A stretch of DNA of 64,000 bases from Methanomicrobia archaeon (lineage in GTDB: Archaea > Halobacteriota > Bog-38 > Methanoflorentales > Methanoflorentaceae). The notes beneath the pieces are model-generated. The model searched no databases and was not told the DNA's origin. It saw only the letters and a program-made list of their open reading frames with translations. A program made the position numbers and the translations under genes. The DNA lies in the NCBI GenBank assembly GCA_015661395.1, contig JACWML010000002.1, positions 9,630-73,629 on the forward strand, written 5' to 3'. Positions 29,514 to 39,481 of the stretch are shown here, one piece after another; position 1 is the stretch's first letter; every line of letters begins with the position of its first letter.

Positions 29514-30095
29514 TCACGTCCCCCTTCCACCATAAGCACTACGCGAGGGCATAGTTTTTTCGGCACCTCGCCCTTTGTTCCTGAAACCGCGACCTTTCTT
29601 GCCAGCGCTTGTCGTCCCTCGCGTGGCACGCCCGCGTGAAGACGCGATCCAGTTGAGATTACGGTCGCTTAGGATCCTAGGGTGGCTCGGGTCAACGAGT
29701 ATGATTTCGTACCACTTCGATTTCCCGTCTTGTCCTACCCAGTACGAGTTCAACACCTCTAAGTTGGGAAATCTTCGTGCAGCTCGTTCTTCTGCAATGC
29801 GCTGCGAACTTTTTCGAGCGGTAAGCCTGTCAACTCCGAGGTGTTTCGTCCGACGGCCCCCGCGCGGGCGTTGTTTTCTCCGACCCCCGCGCCACGTTCT
29901 CACACGCGCTGTGATGATACCTTGTTTGGCTTTATACCCCAAGCTTCTTGCTCTGTCGAGGCGCGTGGGTCTCGCGATGCGAATGACCGCCGGCTCACGC
30001 CGCCACGTTTGTAGGCGCTGCCACGCAAGGCTTTTCACGTAGCTGCGTTCGGGGGTTTTCCAGGCATCCCGTATATATCCATACATCGATTTCAT
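29514..30095 (-). CDS. rpl15e: 50S ribosomal protein L15e
   Basis: The sequence [12 protein letters not shown]...[18 protein letters not shown]...[12 protein letters not shown] matches the family. Confidence 0.92.
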   Translation of the reverse strand: MKSMYGYIRDAWKTPERSYVKSLAWQRLQTWRREPAVIRIARPTRLDRARSLGYKAKQGIITARVRTWRGGRRKQRPRGGRRTKHLGVDRLTARKSSQRIAEERAARRFPNLEVLNSYWVGQDGKSKWYEIILVDPSHPRILSDRNLNWIASSRGRATRGTTSAGKKGRGFRNKGRGAEKTMPSRSAYGGRGT

Positions 30096-30204
30096 TTTGA
30101 TCTTCTCTCAAGCGGTTCAGCATTAAAGCTACATTCCTTAGGATGCGCAATTAGCGTTCATTGAGCGCTGCTTACAAAAGATAATCATGGAACATATATG
30201 TTTC

Positions 30205-31386
30205 CTACTTGGCGCGCGAACTTGCTACTATTTTGATTATATCCCCGTTTTGAAGTATGTGGTGCTCACCGAGCCGCTTTTTCGTGCGCGCGTCGACAGC
30301 GTAGATGAACCCACGTCCGATATCAGAATGAACCTTGAAGGCAAGATCCTTGGCATTTTCTCCTTCCTTAATCAAAAAGGCATCGGGTAAGACTCTCCCT
30401 TCCTTGTCCGACCATTGGTGCTCGTCTTCTACGGGATATACGACGATGTATCTGAGAACATCGAACACTGCCTTGTTTAGGCATGTCTGCACTCCCGTAC
30501 CATCAGCGTCAATGAACTTCTGCAGTCGCTCAAGAGCCTTCCGCTGCTGCTGATTTGACCGCGCTGCTACGACAAAATGAGTGTTTCCAGGGACGTAGTT
30601 CACGAGCCCTTTCTGGTGAGCAAGTCGGAGCGCAAGTTCAGCCTCACCACTCGTTGCCACTACGTCTTGGCAAACATCTGCGATCCGCTCTAAATTTTGC
30701 GGTGAAGCGACGTCTCTTTTGTTTGCCGCTATGATGATCGGCTTTGCTATCCTCCTTAGTTGCTGTGATAAGTTGACTATGTCTTCGCTTTCCCAATTAT
30801 CCGCCGGTCGCTCGAACAGCCCAAGCTTCAACGCAGCAGTCTTTATTTGGTTCTCGCTTATGTTGAGACCTGCTAACTGAGTCGCAATGACGTGCGCCAC
30901 GTTGCGTTCTAGCTGCGCTTTCTTTGCGAGTCTGTGCCAATTCTTTTCAATGATGCCTGCAATCCACAGAGCGATCTCACTTTCAAGTAGGGTTACGTCC
31001 TCCACCGGGTCGTGCGACGCGGTGCCGAGCACATTGCCCTCTATATCAGTGCCACCGGAGGCGTCAATCACGTTTATAATCGCTTCTGACTGCCGCAAAT
31101 TATCTAGAAAAGCGTTGCCGAGCCCTCGTCCCTTGTGAGCCTCGGGAACCAGGCCTGCTACGTCAACTAGTTCAATAGGGACAAATCGGATTCCATCAAC
31201 ACAATGACCGCACCGGGCGCTGCGCTGAGCGCAAGGGCACGGCACGCGCACATGCGACACCCCGCGGTTAGCGCTGATAGTCGTGAACGGGTAATTTGCA
31301 ATTTCCACATCCATAAGTGTGGCGGCTTTGAAGAAGGTTGACTTGCCCGTATTGGGCTTGCCGGCGAGAGCGATCGATAAGGTCAT
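30205..31386 (-). CDS. OBG/YchF-type GTPase with C-terminal TGS domain
   Basis: G1 is GKPNTGKST, G3 is DVAGLV and G4 is NKRD. The C-terminus (ILQNGDIIKIV) is TGS-like. Confidence 0.8.
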   Translation of the reverse strand: MTLSIALAGKPNTGKSTFFKAATLMDVEIANYPFTTISANRGVSHVRVPCPCAQRSARCGHCVDGIRFVPIELVDVAGLVPEAHKGRGLGNAFLDNLRQSEAIINVIDASGGTDIEGNVLGTASHDPVEDVTLLESEIALWIAGIIEKNWHRLAKKAQLERNVAHVIATQLAGLNISENQIKTAALKLGLFERPADNWESEDIVNLSQQLRRIAKPIIIAANKRDVASPQNLERIADVCQDVVATSGEAELALRLAHQKGLVNYVPGNTHFVVAARSNQQQRKALERLQKFIDADGTGVQTCLNKAVFDVLRYIVVYPVEDEHQWSDKEGRVLPDAFLIKEGENAKDLAFKVHSDIGRGFIYAVDARTKKRLGEHHILQNGDIIKIVASSRAK

Positions 31387-32030
31387 TTGAAGTTCACATC
31401 CGCCTGTTCGAGTAAGCGCTTAGCCCATTGCAACTTTTGCATCTTTCTCGGCGTAACGCAGGTGTCAGAAAAATCAAATCCAATCGCGCTGATCGTGCGG
31501 GCGCCGTACTCTTTCGCTAAGAAGACCGCCCGGTCTCCGTCAGTAAAACCACCTACGTTGAGTAAGAGTGGCTCAGGCTGCGTTTGGGTTGTACCAAGCA
31601 CCGCGCTCAACGACGGTACGTACGCTTCGATTGCATTGATGTTGTCACCGTGTGCGTGAACGACCATTATAGCGCACATCGCATTTGCCCGCTTGAGATC
31701 GCTAATGCTCCCGTCGAGATCAGAAACGACTATGTGGGGGATGACCCCCTGCGCCAATAACACCGAGGTTGCACCATCGGCGGCAATGATCGTCTCTTGA
31801 CCCTCAATTTTGCCGCTCTTAATGTCACGAATCAGTATCGGCGCTTTGCCGCAAACGAGGACGTCACATCCTTTGACAAGGCGGCTCAGTTTTGCCAGTG
31901 TTGAGTTATAGCCTGTTTTTATAGCCAATAAGCGTGATAGAAGCTGTGCGGAGCGCTCATCCTGGGCGCGGTCAAATCCGAACTCGCGCACTATTTCCAA
32001 GTAGAAAGGCCGCCATTCTTTCAGGTTCAT
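31383..32030 (-). CDS. mptE: 6-hydroxymethyl-7,8-dihydropterin pyrophosphokinase, archaeal MptE type (DUF115)
   Basis: IIAADGATSVLLAQGVIPHIVVSDLDGS...VVHAHGDN fits the MptE/DUF115 pattern. It overlaps the GTPase gene by 4 nt. Confidence 0.6.
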   Translation of the reverse strand: MNLKEWRPFYLEIVREFGFDRAQDERSAQLLSRLLAIKTGYNSTLAKLSRLVKGCDVLVCGKAPILIRDIKSGKIEGQETIIAADGATSVLLAQGVIPHIVVSDLDGSISDLKRANAMCAIMVVHAHGDNINAIEAYVPSLSAVLGTTQTQPEPLLLNVGGFTDGDRAVFLAKEYGARTISAIGFDFSDTCVTPRKMQKLQWAKRLLEQADVNFK

Positions 32031-32033
32031 GCG

Positions 32034-35000
32034 CTATTCCGCTATTGAGATCACCACTCGATGGCCGTCGATCATCCACTCCTTTCGTAGTCTCGCGTTT
32101 TTAAGATCTCCTTTTACTACAGACGTTGACAGCGTCTCATCTTTGAGATAAGAATTAAACGTTCGAATCGCTTGGGAGACTTCTGCAGGGCCACGGTACC
32201 CCACCCTAATTTGTGCGGCATACGGTAGATCCAATTCCTTTCGCATGACCTGTATTCTCCTGACGACTTCTCGAGCCAGTGATTCTTTTCGCAGTTCGGC
32301 TGTTATTTCGGTGTCTAAAAAAACGACTAGGCCGCTGTCTTCGCTTTTAATAAGGCTACCCGTAACTTTTTCTGAAACCGTCAGATCTTCCTTTGATAAA
32401 CTAATAGGCGTCTGCTCGATTTCCAATTCGATGCCGTCATCCATTTTCTCAAGTACAGCCTGAGGCGTTAACGTGCTGAGAGCTTGTTTTATTTTGGGGA
32501 CTAGGTCTTTGTATTTCGGTCCGACGCTGGCGAAGTTTAAGCCAATTTCGTACGCGATAAACTTGTCGTCGTCTTTTTCAAAATCAATTGCCTTCACGTT
32601 CAGCTCATTTTTGACAATAGTCTGGAGTTCGTCACTTTCGAGTTCTGGTCCTACGCAAACAATTCTCCTGAGCGGTTGGCGCGTTTTGATGTGTGCTGAC
32701 GACCGCGCGGCTCTTCCCGCTTCAACGATCCGCTTAGCATAATCCATATCGCGTTCAGCCTCGGGAAGCAGACGATCGGGCCGCGAGGCAGGATACGCTT
32801 CGAGGTGAACGCTCTCTCTGGCCTCGGGAACATATCGAGCGAGGGTTTTATGCATGTACTCAGAAATAAATGGCGCGAAGGGGGCGATAAGTGTACTTAG
32901 CGCCCATAGAGTCTCAAAAAGAGAGACGTAAGCGGATGTTTTGTCGAGGTCCTGTTCGTTCTTCCAGAAACGTCTCCTAGACGTTCTGACAAACCAGTTA
33001 CTTAGCTCGTCGATGAATGAGTCGATCGCTAGGGTCGCTAAATAGTAGTCGTAACGGTCCATGTACTCGACCACGTTCGACACCAACCCATTTAGCCGGG
33101 AGAGCAACCACCTGTCGATGACGTTTCTGTGCTCGTCCGCGAGCTGCCACGTCACGTCGTACTGGTCTATCTCAGCATACGTCGTAAAAAAGGAAAGTAT
33201 GTGCCAAAGGGTAGATATCGTCTTACGCTGAGACTCAACAATTGCGTCTTCATAGAACCGCTTAGGGGTTCCTGGATTGCCGGAGCTGAAAAGGTACCAT
33301 CGGAGGCTATCAGCCCCTTCGTTGTTCAGGATTTGCCAAGGATCAACAGTATTACCCTTGCTTTTTGACATCTTTCTACCCTGTTCGTCCACGATGTGGC
33401 CCAAGCTTATTACGGTGCTGTACGCATTCGATCCGAACACGGCGCTCGCTATTGCGTGCAGGCTATAAAACCAGCCTCGCGTCTGATCAACACCTTCGGC
33501 TATGAAATCTACGGGCAGCTTGAAGTCGTCACTTCCCTCGAACGGATAGTGCAATGATGCGAACGGGGCGCAGCCCGAATCGTACCAGCAGTCAATTACG
33601 TCGGGAATGCGGCGCATTGTCTCAGCGCATTCGTCGCAAGGAAAGACAATGCGGTCGATATACGGCTTATGGATATCGCCGAGGGGGGCATCATCGCCGA
33701 TTCGCTGCTTCAGCTCATCGATGCTGCCGATGAACACTACGTGATTGTTGCAGCATTTCCATATGGGCAGCGGGGTGCCCCAGTAGCGTTCCCTACTTAG
33801 CGCCCAATCGCGTGCATTTTCGATGAAGTTTCCGAAGCGTCCGTGTTTCACCGTTTTCGGATGCCACTGGACCATTTCATTGTTGCGCACGAGTGTCTCG
33901 CGCAAAGAGCTCATGCGAATAAACCACGCCCTTCGCGCGTAGTACATGAGCGGCGCCTCGCAACGCCAACAGAACGGATAGCTGTGTTCGTACATCTCGC
34001 GTTTGTACAGCAAGCCCCGACTTGCAAGGGTCTTTACTATTACAGCATTCGCATCGGTGAAGAACAATCCACCGACTGACGGCACGTGATCATCAAAGCG
34101 ACCATCGGGTTTGACGAGCTGCACGAGAGGAAGGCCTTCGGCCTTTGCTACGTTAAAGTCATCTTCTCCGAACGCTGGAGCAATATGCACAATGCCTGTG
34201 CCCTCGGCGGTGCTAACAAACTCAGCGAGCACGACGGTTGGTTGCCCGTCACCAAATAATGGCACATACCGTGTGCCATTGAGCTCATTTCCTTGAAACT
34301 CAGCTACGACTGTGAAATGCAGCTCATCGCTTAGCACCGTTTCTAACAACTCCTTTGCGAAAATGAGAAACTGATTCTTCACCTTCACCTTAACATACAA
34401 AATGTTAGGGTTGACCGCAAGCGCGACATTTGAGAGTAAAGTCCACGGCGTTGTTGTCCAAGCCAAAAAAGAGGCGTCGCGTTGGTCCGACAAAGGAAAC
34501 TTCACAAAAGCTGATTCCTCAGTTATGGTTTCGTACCCTTGGGCTACTTCGTGCGTGCTCAGGGCAGTACCACAGCGGGGACAATAGGGAACGACATAAT
34601 GTCCTTCATAAATAAGATCTCGCTCCCAAAGCCGTTTAAGCGACCACCATACTGATTCGATATAGCGGGGGTCCATAGTCGTATACGGCTTGGTGAGATC
34701 AATGAAGAAGCCTACTCGCTTAGTCATATCTGCCCACTCATCGATGTGACTAAATACCGAACTCCGACAGACGTTGTTGAATCGTTCAATTCCATACCTT
34801 TCGATGCCCGCTTTATCCTCAAATTGAAGTTCTTTTTCCACGGAAATCTCGACTGGGAGTCCGTGACAATCCCATCCGCTCACACGGGGGACGTAGTAGC
34901 CTTGCATGCTTTTGTAGCGGAGAAACAGGTCCTTTATAACGCGCGCATAAACGTGGTGAACCCCCGGTGAACCGTTTGCGGTCGGCGGCCCTTCGATGAA

Positions 35001-35201
35001 TCGGAACAGCTCCGCTCCTTTGTTTGCGTTTATGCTTTTGTTGATGATGTCGCTGTCATCCCATTCTTTGAGAATGGTCTTCTCCATAGCAACAAAGTTG
35101 AAATCGAGTTGCGAATTTGCCCCTGCCGCTTGCGCATCATTCTCGTTCACGAGTGGTCTTACCTCGGAATTAGATGTGTGTGTTGAAGTGTCTCTTTTCA
35201 C
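32034..35201 (-). CDS. ileS: isoleucyl-tRNA synthetase
   Basis: It is a class I aaRS of 1055 aa with GPPTANGSPGVHHV (HIGH region), GWDCHGLP and KMSKSKGN. The GTG start is at 35201. Confidence 0.92.
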   Translation of the reverse strand: MKRDTSTHTSNSEVRPLVNENDAQAAGANSQLDFNFVAMEKTILKEWDDSDIINKSINANKGAELFRFIEGPPTANGSPGVHHVYARVIKDLFLRYKSMQGYYVPRVSGWDCHGLPVEISVEKELQFEDKAGIERYGIERFNNVCRSSVFSHIDEWADMTKRVGFFIDLTKPYTTMDPRYIESVWWSLKRLWERDLIYEGHYVVPYCPRCGTALSTHEVAQGYETITEESAFVKFPLSDQRDASFLAWTTTPWTLLSNVALAVNPNILYVKVKVKNQFLIFAKELLETVLSDELHFTVVAEFQGNELNGTRYVPLFGDGQPTVVLAEFVSTAEGTGIVHIAPAFGEDDFNVAKAEGLPLVQLVKPDGRFDDHVPSVGGLFFTDANAVIVKTLASRGLLYKREMYEHSYPFCWRCEAPLMYYARRAWFIRMSSLRETLVRNNEMVQWHPKTVKHGRFGNFIENARDWALSRERYWGTPLPIWKCCNNHVVFIGSIDELKQRIGDDAPLGDIHKPYIDRIVFPCDECAETMRRIPDVIDCWYDSGCAPFASLHYPFEGSDDFKLPVDFIAEGVDQTRGWFYSLHAIASAVFGSNAYSTVISLGHIVDEQGRKMSKSKGNTVDPWQILNNEGADSLRWYLFSSGNPGTPKRFYEDAIVESQRKTISTLWHILSFFTTYAEIDQYDVTWQLADEHRNVIDRWLLSRLNGLVSNVVEYMDRYDYYLATLAIDSFIDELSNWFVRTSRRRFWKNEQDLDKTSAYVSLFETLWALSTLIAPFAPFISEYMHKTLARYVPEARESVHLEAYPASRPDRLLPEAERDMDYAKRIVEAGRAARSSAHIKTRQPLRRIVCVGPELESDELQTIVKNELNVKAIDFEKDDDKFIAYEIGLNFASVGPKYKDLVPKIKQALSTLTPQAVLEKMDDGIELEIEQTPISLSKEDLTVSEKVTGSLIKSEDSGLVVFLDTEITAELRKESLAREVVRRIQVMRKELDLPYAAQIRVGYRGPAEVSQAIRTFNSYLKDETLSTSVVKGDLKNARLRKEWMIDGHRVVISIAE

Positions 35202-35364
35202 TCTAGGAGACGAACATTTCTAAGATAAGACTCTATCCCACGCTCGGTAATAAAGATTGTCGAGTCGCTTTCATTGCTCAGATCGGCAGACACATCTTTA
35301 GTTAGTCAGATCAGCGGGGTTTGGTACTCGCTCGTCCCCGGAGTACCAAGGCTCAGCGCCGGCA

Positions 35365-35776
35365 TCACAAACATCCGAACTTGAAAAACTCCGCTCTGCA
35401 CCAATCATTTTTTCTGCAAAGCCTGCGCAGGTCCGGTGCGCTTTCACAAACGACGTCAATCTTGAGGCAATTCTTGGCGTCTAAATGAATGTGAATGGTC
35501 GAGGTAATGATTTTCGCGTTTTCGTGTTGGACGTCAGTCAACACCATGTGAGGCCTTGTGCTCGTGATTGTAGACAAGCGTGATTACGCGGATCTGTTCT
35601 CCTTTTGTTTGACTGAACGATTCATGATCAACGAGATAACCTCTTATGGCGTCTCTGATCGCTTCGGATCGCGAAGAGTGGCCCTTTTTGCCTATCACCT
35701 GGTCAGATGCAGCAAGAAGTTGTGCGGGTATGGACACCCATATCCTTGTGGCTTCATCTTCTATACATATCCTCAC
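35365..35776 (-). pseudogene. nikR: NikR-family (ribbon-helix-helix + ACT-like) nickel-responsive regulator, interrupted by a +1 frameshift
   Basis: ORF 35534-35776 holds the RHH domain (SIPAQLL...SSRSEAIRDAIRGYL...VYNHEHK). ORF 35365-35577 holds the metal-binding half (HMVLTDVQHEN..ITSTIHIHLDAKNCLKIDVV). Deleting one G or C in aaggcc near 35549-35554 restores ..YNHEHKPHMVLTDVQHE.. Confidence 0.7.
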
Positions 35777-35995
35777 TTTTGCGCAATAAGCGAGATTTTG
35801 CGAGTATTTATTGACCAGCTAGAGATAGCCTTGTTTATAAACAACTGTGCACGCACTGATGTTAGGCTGTGGCAAATCTTGTGTCGGTTTTCTGCACTCC
35901 TATTCAAGAACTACACAACATGATCTTGCGGCCCCAAAGTCTGAACCCCGCCGTCGAGTTTTGGCACATGAGCCGGTCGCGGCCTTTGGATCTCT

Positions 35996-36009
35996 AAAAA
36001 ATATAAATT
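35996..36009. promoter_or_regulatory. strong TATA-like element (aaaaatataaatt / TTTATATT on the other strand) in the nikR-ORF245 divergent intergenic region
   Basis: Read directly from the sequence. It lies about 70 nt upstream of the TTG at 36078. Orientation is ambiguous. Confidence 0.4.
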
Positions 36010-36077
36010 CCTCGATGTCCCATTACTTATTAATACCAGAGATTTGAACATCTCCAAAGCGAAACGGAGTTTTTAAG

Positions 36078-36815
36078 TTGAGCACCACGTCCAATCCGAT
36101 GCAAGGCACCGAGTTACTGCAAGCGCGAAAAACTATTATGCATATCATCAATTCACTGAGCCCGTCAAGCAGACTGAAAGGTGTTCATATAGATGACATC
36201 GTAAGCTACAGCGAATCTCTTGGAATCTATCCTGAAAGCGTTATCGGGGTGGTTCAGCAATTAGCAAAAGAAGGACTAGTCGTCGAACCGTCAAAGAACC
36301 GCTTTTTGAACCGATTTCCTCCGATTACCATCCCTAAAAACAATCTACAAGCGGAACCGCGTAGGTCAAGAGAGCAAGCAGTCTATTCTCCGCGCGACGC
36401 TCACGATGATCTGGAAAAGAAAGCCTTGCTTCTTGAGAAGAGTCATATCCTATTGACGCCAAAGCAACTGCTTCAAATTGAACGGGAGTATAAAAATATA
36501 ATGGCATCCGGTGACCTCGATTTTTTTTACGAAGGTTATCCGAGCGACGCTGAAATTGGAAAACGTGTCGGAATAGACAAGAGAAAGATTCAAGGAGCGC
36601 GCGTATTGCTAGGTCTTTTGACCGAGCGTGACGTGAAAATCAACTTCGATCGCGAAAAGTTTTTGCAGTGGCTTTCGGCGCCTAAGTCTGCAAGAAAGAG
36701 TTCAAAGGATTTTGCCGACGAGCTTGGCGTAAGCTACTCAACCTTCAAGCGAAAAAGAGCTCTTTGGGAGGTATATCTATCTAAAAACTCCGTCAGCGAT
36801 AAATCATTCAAGTAG
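36078..36815 (+). CDS. hypothetical DNA-binding protein (N-terminal winged helix, C-terminal HTH-like segments)
   Basis: KGVHIDDIVSYSESLGIYPESVIGVVQQLAKEGLVVEP resembles an RPA32C-type winged helix. DFADELGVSYSTFKRKR resembles an HTH. No family could be assigned. Confidence 0.5.
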   Translation: MSTTSNPMQGTELLQARKTIMHIINSLSPSSRLKGVHIDDIVSYSESLGIYPESVIGVVQQLAKEGLVVEPSKNRFLNRFPPITIPKNNLQAEPRRSREQAVYSPRDAHDDLEKKALLLEKSHILLTPKQLLQIEREYKNIMASGDLDFFYEGYPSDAEIGKRVGIDKRKIQGARVLLGLLTERDVKINFDREKFLQWLSAPKSARKSSKDFADELGVSYSTFKRKRALWEVYLSKNSVSDKSFK

Positions 36816-36828
36816 TGATGTGGAGTAC

Positions 36829-37353
36829 ATGAAGTTCTTAGCTGATCGAATGCTAGGGCGCCTCTCTTCTTGGCTCAGAATTCTGGGTTACGATACTCTA
36901 AGCGCGAATTCTTTCGCTGGTTTGTCAAATGCCGCGGAGGACACTTTAATGCTGGAGCTGTCAGGATCCGAGAACCGGGCGTTGCTGACTAGGGATACAG
37001 AGCTTCATTCCCGTGCAAAGCAAAAGTGTGGCATCTCGTCACTTCTCGTCCAAGATGGAGACGTACTCCGCCAATTGAACCAAGTGCGACAGCATTATGG
37101 CTTGGTCTTCCCCAAAGAACCCGAAGCTGTTCGATGCAGCGTTTGTAACGGCACGCTTGAACTAGTGTCAATTGAGGACATTTTGCGGTCTCTTGAGATC
37201 AATAAGCTTCGCACAAAGGGCGTCGATATTGAGAAATTCATTCAGAGGTACCCTCACTTTTATAAGTGTAGTCAATGCAGCAAGATATTTTGGAAGGGGC
37301 AACACTGGCGAAACATGGTCAACAAAACACGCCTCCTTAGTGAGGGGCACTAA
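36829..37353 (+). CDS. Mut7-C (DUF82) PIN-like RNase domain protein with zinc ribbon
   Basis: It begins MKFLADRMLGRLSSWLRILGYDT and carries CSVCNGTL...CSQCSKIFWKGQHW. The ATG at 36829 lies 3 nt after GGAG. The ORF track start is 36820. Confidence 0.7.
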   Translation: MKFLADRMLGRLSSWLRILGYDTLSANSFAGLSNAAEDTLMLELSGSENRALLTRDTELHSRAKQKCGISSLLVQDGDVLRQLNQVRQHYGLVFPKEPEAVRCSVCNGTLELVSIEDILRSLEINKLRTKGVDIEKFIQRYPHFYKCSQCSKIFWKGQHWRNMVNKTRLLSEGH

Positions 37354-37442
37354 GTGCCTTTTTAAGAAGTGCTTGTGCAGCTCTGGATCGGCAAAATGCG
37401 TTTTTCTGCCACTTTTACCGCCCAGGGTTGCTGTTCGGTGCT

Positions 37443-38192
37443 CTAGGTATCTTGAACTAGATGGTCGCGACTTGCCTTTACAGCTGTATAGTCGTTAACT
37501 TCAATTATCGCTTTGTTTATCCCTTTTAGCTGAGTCCAGTCGATGGTTCCTTCACCGATTGGAAGATGCAGATCACGTTGGCCGTCGTTATCACTCACGT
37601 GATAGTAAGCCACGGGAAAACCCGCCTCTAAAAAGTCTATTACGGCGTTGTTCGTGTGTGCGTGTCCAACGTCGATTGTTGCAGACGTGCCGCACGTTTC
37701 GATAAAAAACTTATGTTGCATAACGTCGGTGCAGAAGTATTTCGCATTACGGGGCATATTCTCAATGGCAGGCGCTATTCCAACGTCGGCGGCGTAGTTT
37801 GCCCACTTTTCAAGGCTATGCAGAGCCAAATCGAGCGATCGCCTCGTCAGTCTGTCATTTATTCTCTTTACGTAACCTGGGTGGGTCGTGATCGTCGAAG
37901 CGTTTATAGCTGCAGCAAGATCGACCGTCTCGGTGAGTTGTTTTGTCGTTTCCTCACGTATTCCGACGTTGACACTGGCGGGATTGAGATCTACCGTAGG
38001 CGAATGAATTGTTAGTTCAATATCGTACTGCGACGCAATTTCAAATTGCGAGACATTTCTTAAGGCGTGCCGTGGCAGGTAAGCCCCCTCGCATAGCACC
38101 TCGATCACATCGAACCTGTCTTCAAAGGCTCTTTGCATGATCCTGTCAAAAGGCGCGTCAAATAGAGCAAGCGCCGTGAATCCAACTTTCAT
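37443..38192 (-). CDS. sugar phosphate isomerase/epimerase (xylose isomerase-like TIM barrel)
   Basis: The 249-aa protein has the pattern ..IEVLCEG..LTIHSP..NPAS..ITTHPG..IENM..DVGHA..HVSDN. Confidence 0.6.
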   Translation of the reverse strand: MKVGFTALALFDAPFDRIMQRAFEDRFDVIEVLCEGAYLPRHALRNVSQFEIASQYDIELTIHSPTVDLNPASVNVGIREETTKQLTETVDLAAAINASTITTHPGYVKRINDRLTRRSLDLALHSLEKWANYAADVGIAPAIENMPRNAKYFCTDVMQHKFFIETCGTSATIDVGHAHTNNAVIDFLEAGFPVAYYHVSDNDGQRDLHLPIGEGTIDWTQLKGINKAIIEVNDYTAVKASRDHLVQDT

Positions 38193-38349
38193 AAAAAATG
38201 TGTCGACTACCGAATATAAACGTGTTAGCTACGGGCAACGTGGAGTGCTGGACTATTATGTCATCTAGTTCCTGGAAGTCGAGGAAGGCTCGAGCAAACA
38301 AAGATGCAAGCTGCTAACTTTGCAGTAGCCAAAAACGACGGCACGTTAA

Positions 38350-39345
38350 TTAGCGGGCAGGATAGTAATCTTCCACTCGTACGATATCGTCGACAAATGG
38401 TGTTGACACACTGTGCATGATAGAGTTTTCCGTAGCCACGATTTTGTGCAAAGCCCCCCGCGGAATATCCATTGTATCGTTTCTTCCGAAGAACTCCTTT
38501 TTGTGCTCAAACTGTACGTAACAAGAGCCTTCGAGCATGTAGATTGACTCTTCTTTTTCTTTGTGATAGTGATACGAGGTCGTATAGCCTTCTTTTATGT
38601 ATATCTCTTTTGTGAGGTAATTCTCAGTGCTGATGAGAACCTTTTCATAACCCCACGGTTTGTCACTTCTGTTTGCGTACTCCTTTTTTATCTCTTCGAG
38701 GTCCTTGGTCGTATCTATCGACATCCAAAACGTGTTTTCCTTGTAATATCCGAGTTGATTGGTGTCTGCGAGGACAGGAAAAACAGTCTTTTCTATTTCG
38801 CCCTTTTCAAAATTGCTAAATGGAATGTCAGAGTCGAGGAGATATATCCCTCCGTTTATGTAATACTCGAGGAGTGGCTTCTCCTTGAAAGAGCGGATGT
38901 GGTCCTCTCCCAGTTCTACAATGCCATAAGGGCTGCGCATTTTCGTGACAAACATCATAGCTTTGAAATCGCTGACGCTGTACTTTTTCATCATCTTCTT
39001 CAGATTGATGTCGGAAACTACATCGCCGTTGCGGATCAACACTGTTTCTTTTTCTTTCAGCAGATCAATTCCAAGTTTGATTGCATTGAGGGTGCCTAAC
39101 GGTTTGTCTTCAACAGAATACTGAATTTCCATGCCACGATAGCTGTTCCCATATCTCTGTTCTATCAGCTCACTCAAGTACCCCGTCAGCAGTATCACGC
39201 TCTCAATATCGCTATTGGCCATATCGTAGAGCTGTCGGTCGAGAATTGTGTAGTCATCCGTGATGTCTATGAGTGGCTTGGGTATGTCCTCAGTATACGG
39301 TTTGAGTCGCTTGCCATACCCCCCGCAGAGGATCATGCCTATCAT
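38350..39345 (-). CDS. sugar-phosphate nucleotidyltransferase fused to a C-terminal cupin (mannose-6-P isomerase-like) domain
   Basis: The N-terminus reads MILCGGYGKRLKPYT. The cupin part reads PWGYEKVL...GYTTSYHYHKEKEESIYMLEG. GC is markedly lower (about 40% in my hand-counted samples). Confidence 0.7.
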   Translation of the reverse strand: MIGMILCGGYGKRLKPYTEDIPKPLIDITDDYTILDRQLYDMANSDIESVILLTGYLSELIEQRYGNSYRGMEIQYSVEDKPLGTLNAIKLGIDLLKEKETVLIRNGDVVSDINLKKMMKKYSVSDFKAMMFVTKMRSPYGIVELGEDHIRSFKEKPLLEYYINGGIYLLDSDIPFSNFEKGEIEKTVFPVLADTNQLGYYKENTFWMSIDTTKDLEEIKKEYANRSDKPWGYEKVLISTENYLTKEIYIKEGYTTSYHYHKEKEESIYMLEGSCYVQFEHKKEFFGRNDTMDIPRGALHKIVATENSIMHSVSTPFVDDIVRVEDYYPAR

Positions 39346-39481
39346 ATAGATTTCAGTTAGTCCTGCTGTGACTTTACTTTTTCTGTAGCAAAAACTGAGC
39401 TAGCGCTCTTGCTGAAGTCTATGGACCTCGGAAAAAATGAGGGAAGGGAATCACCCGGCTGCTTGCACGGGCTTCTAGATG

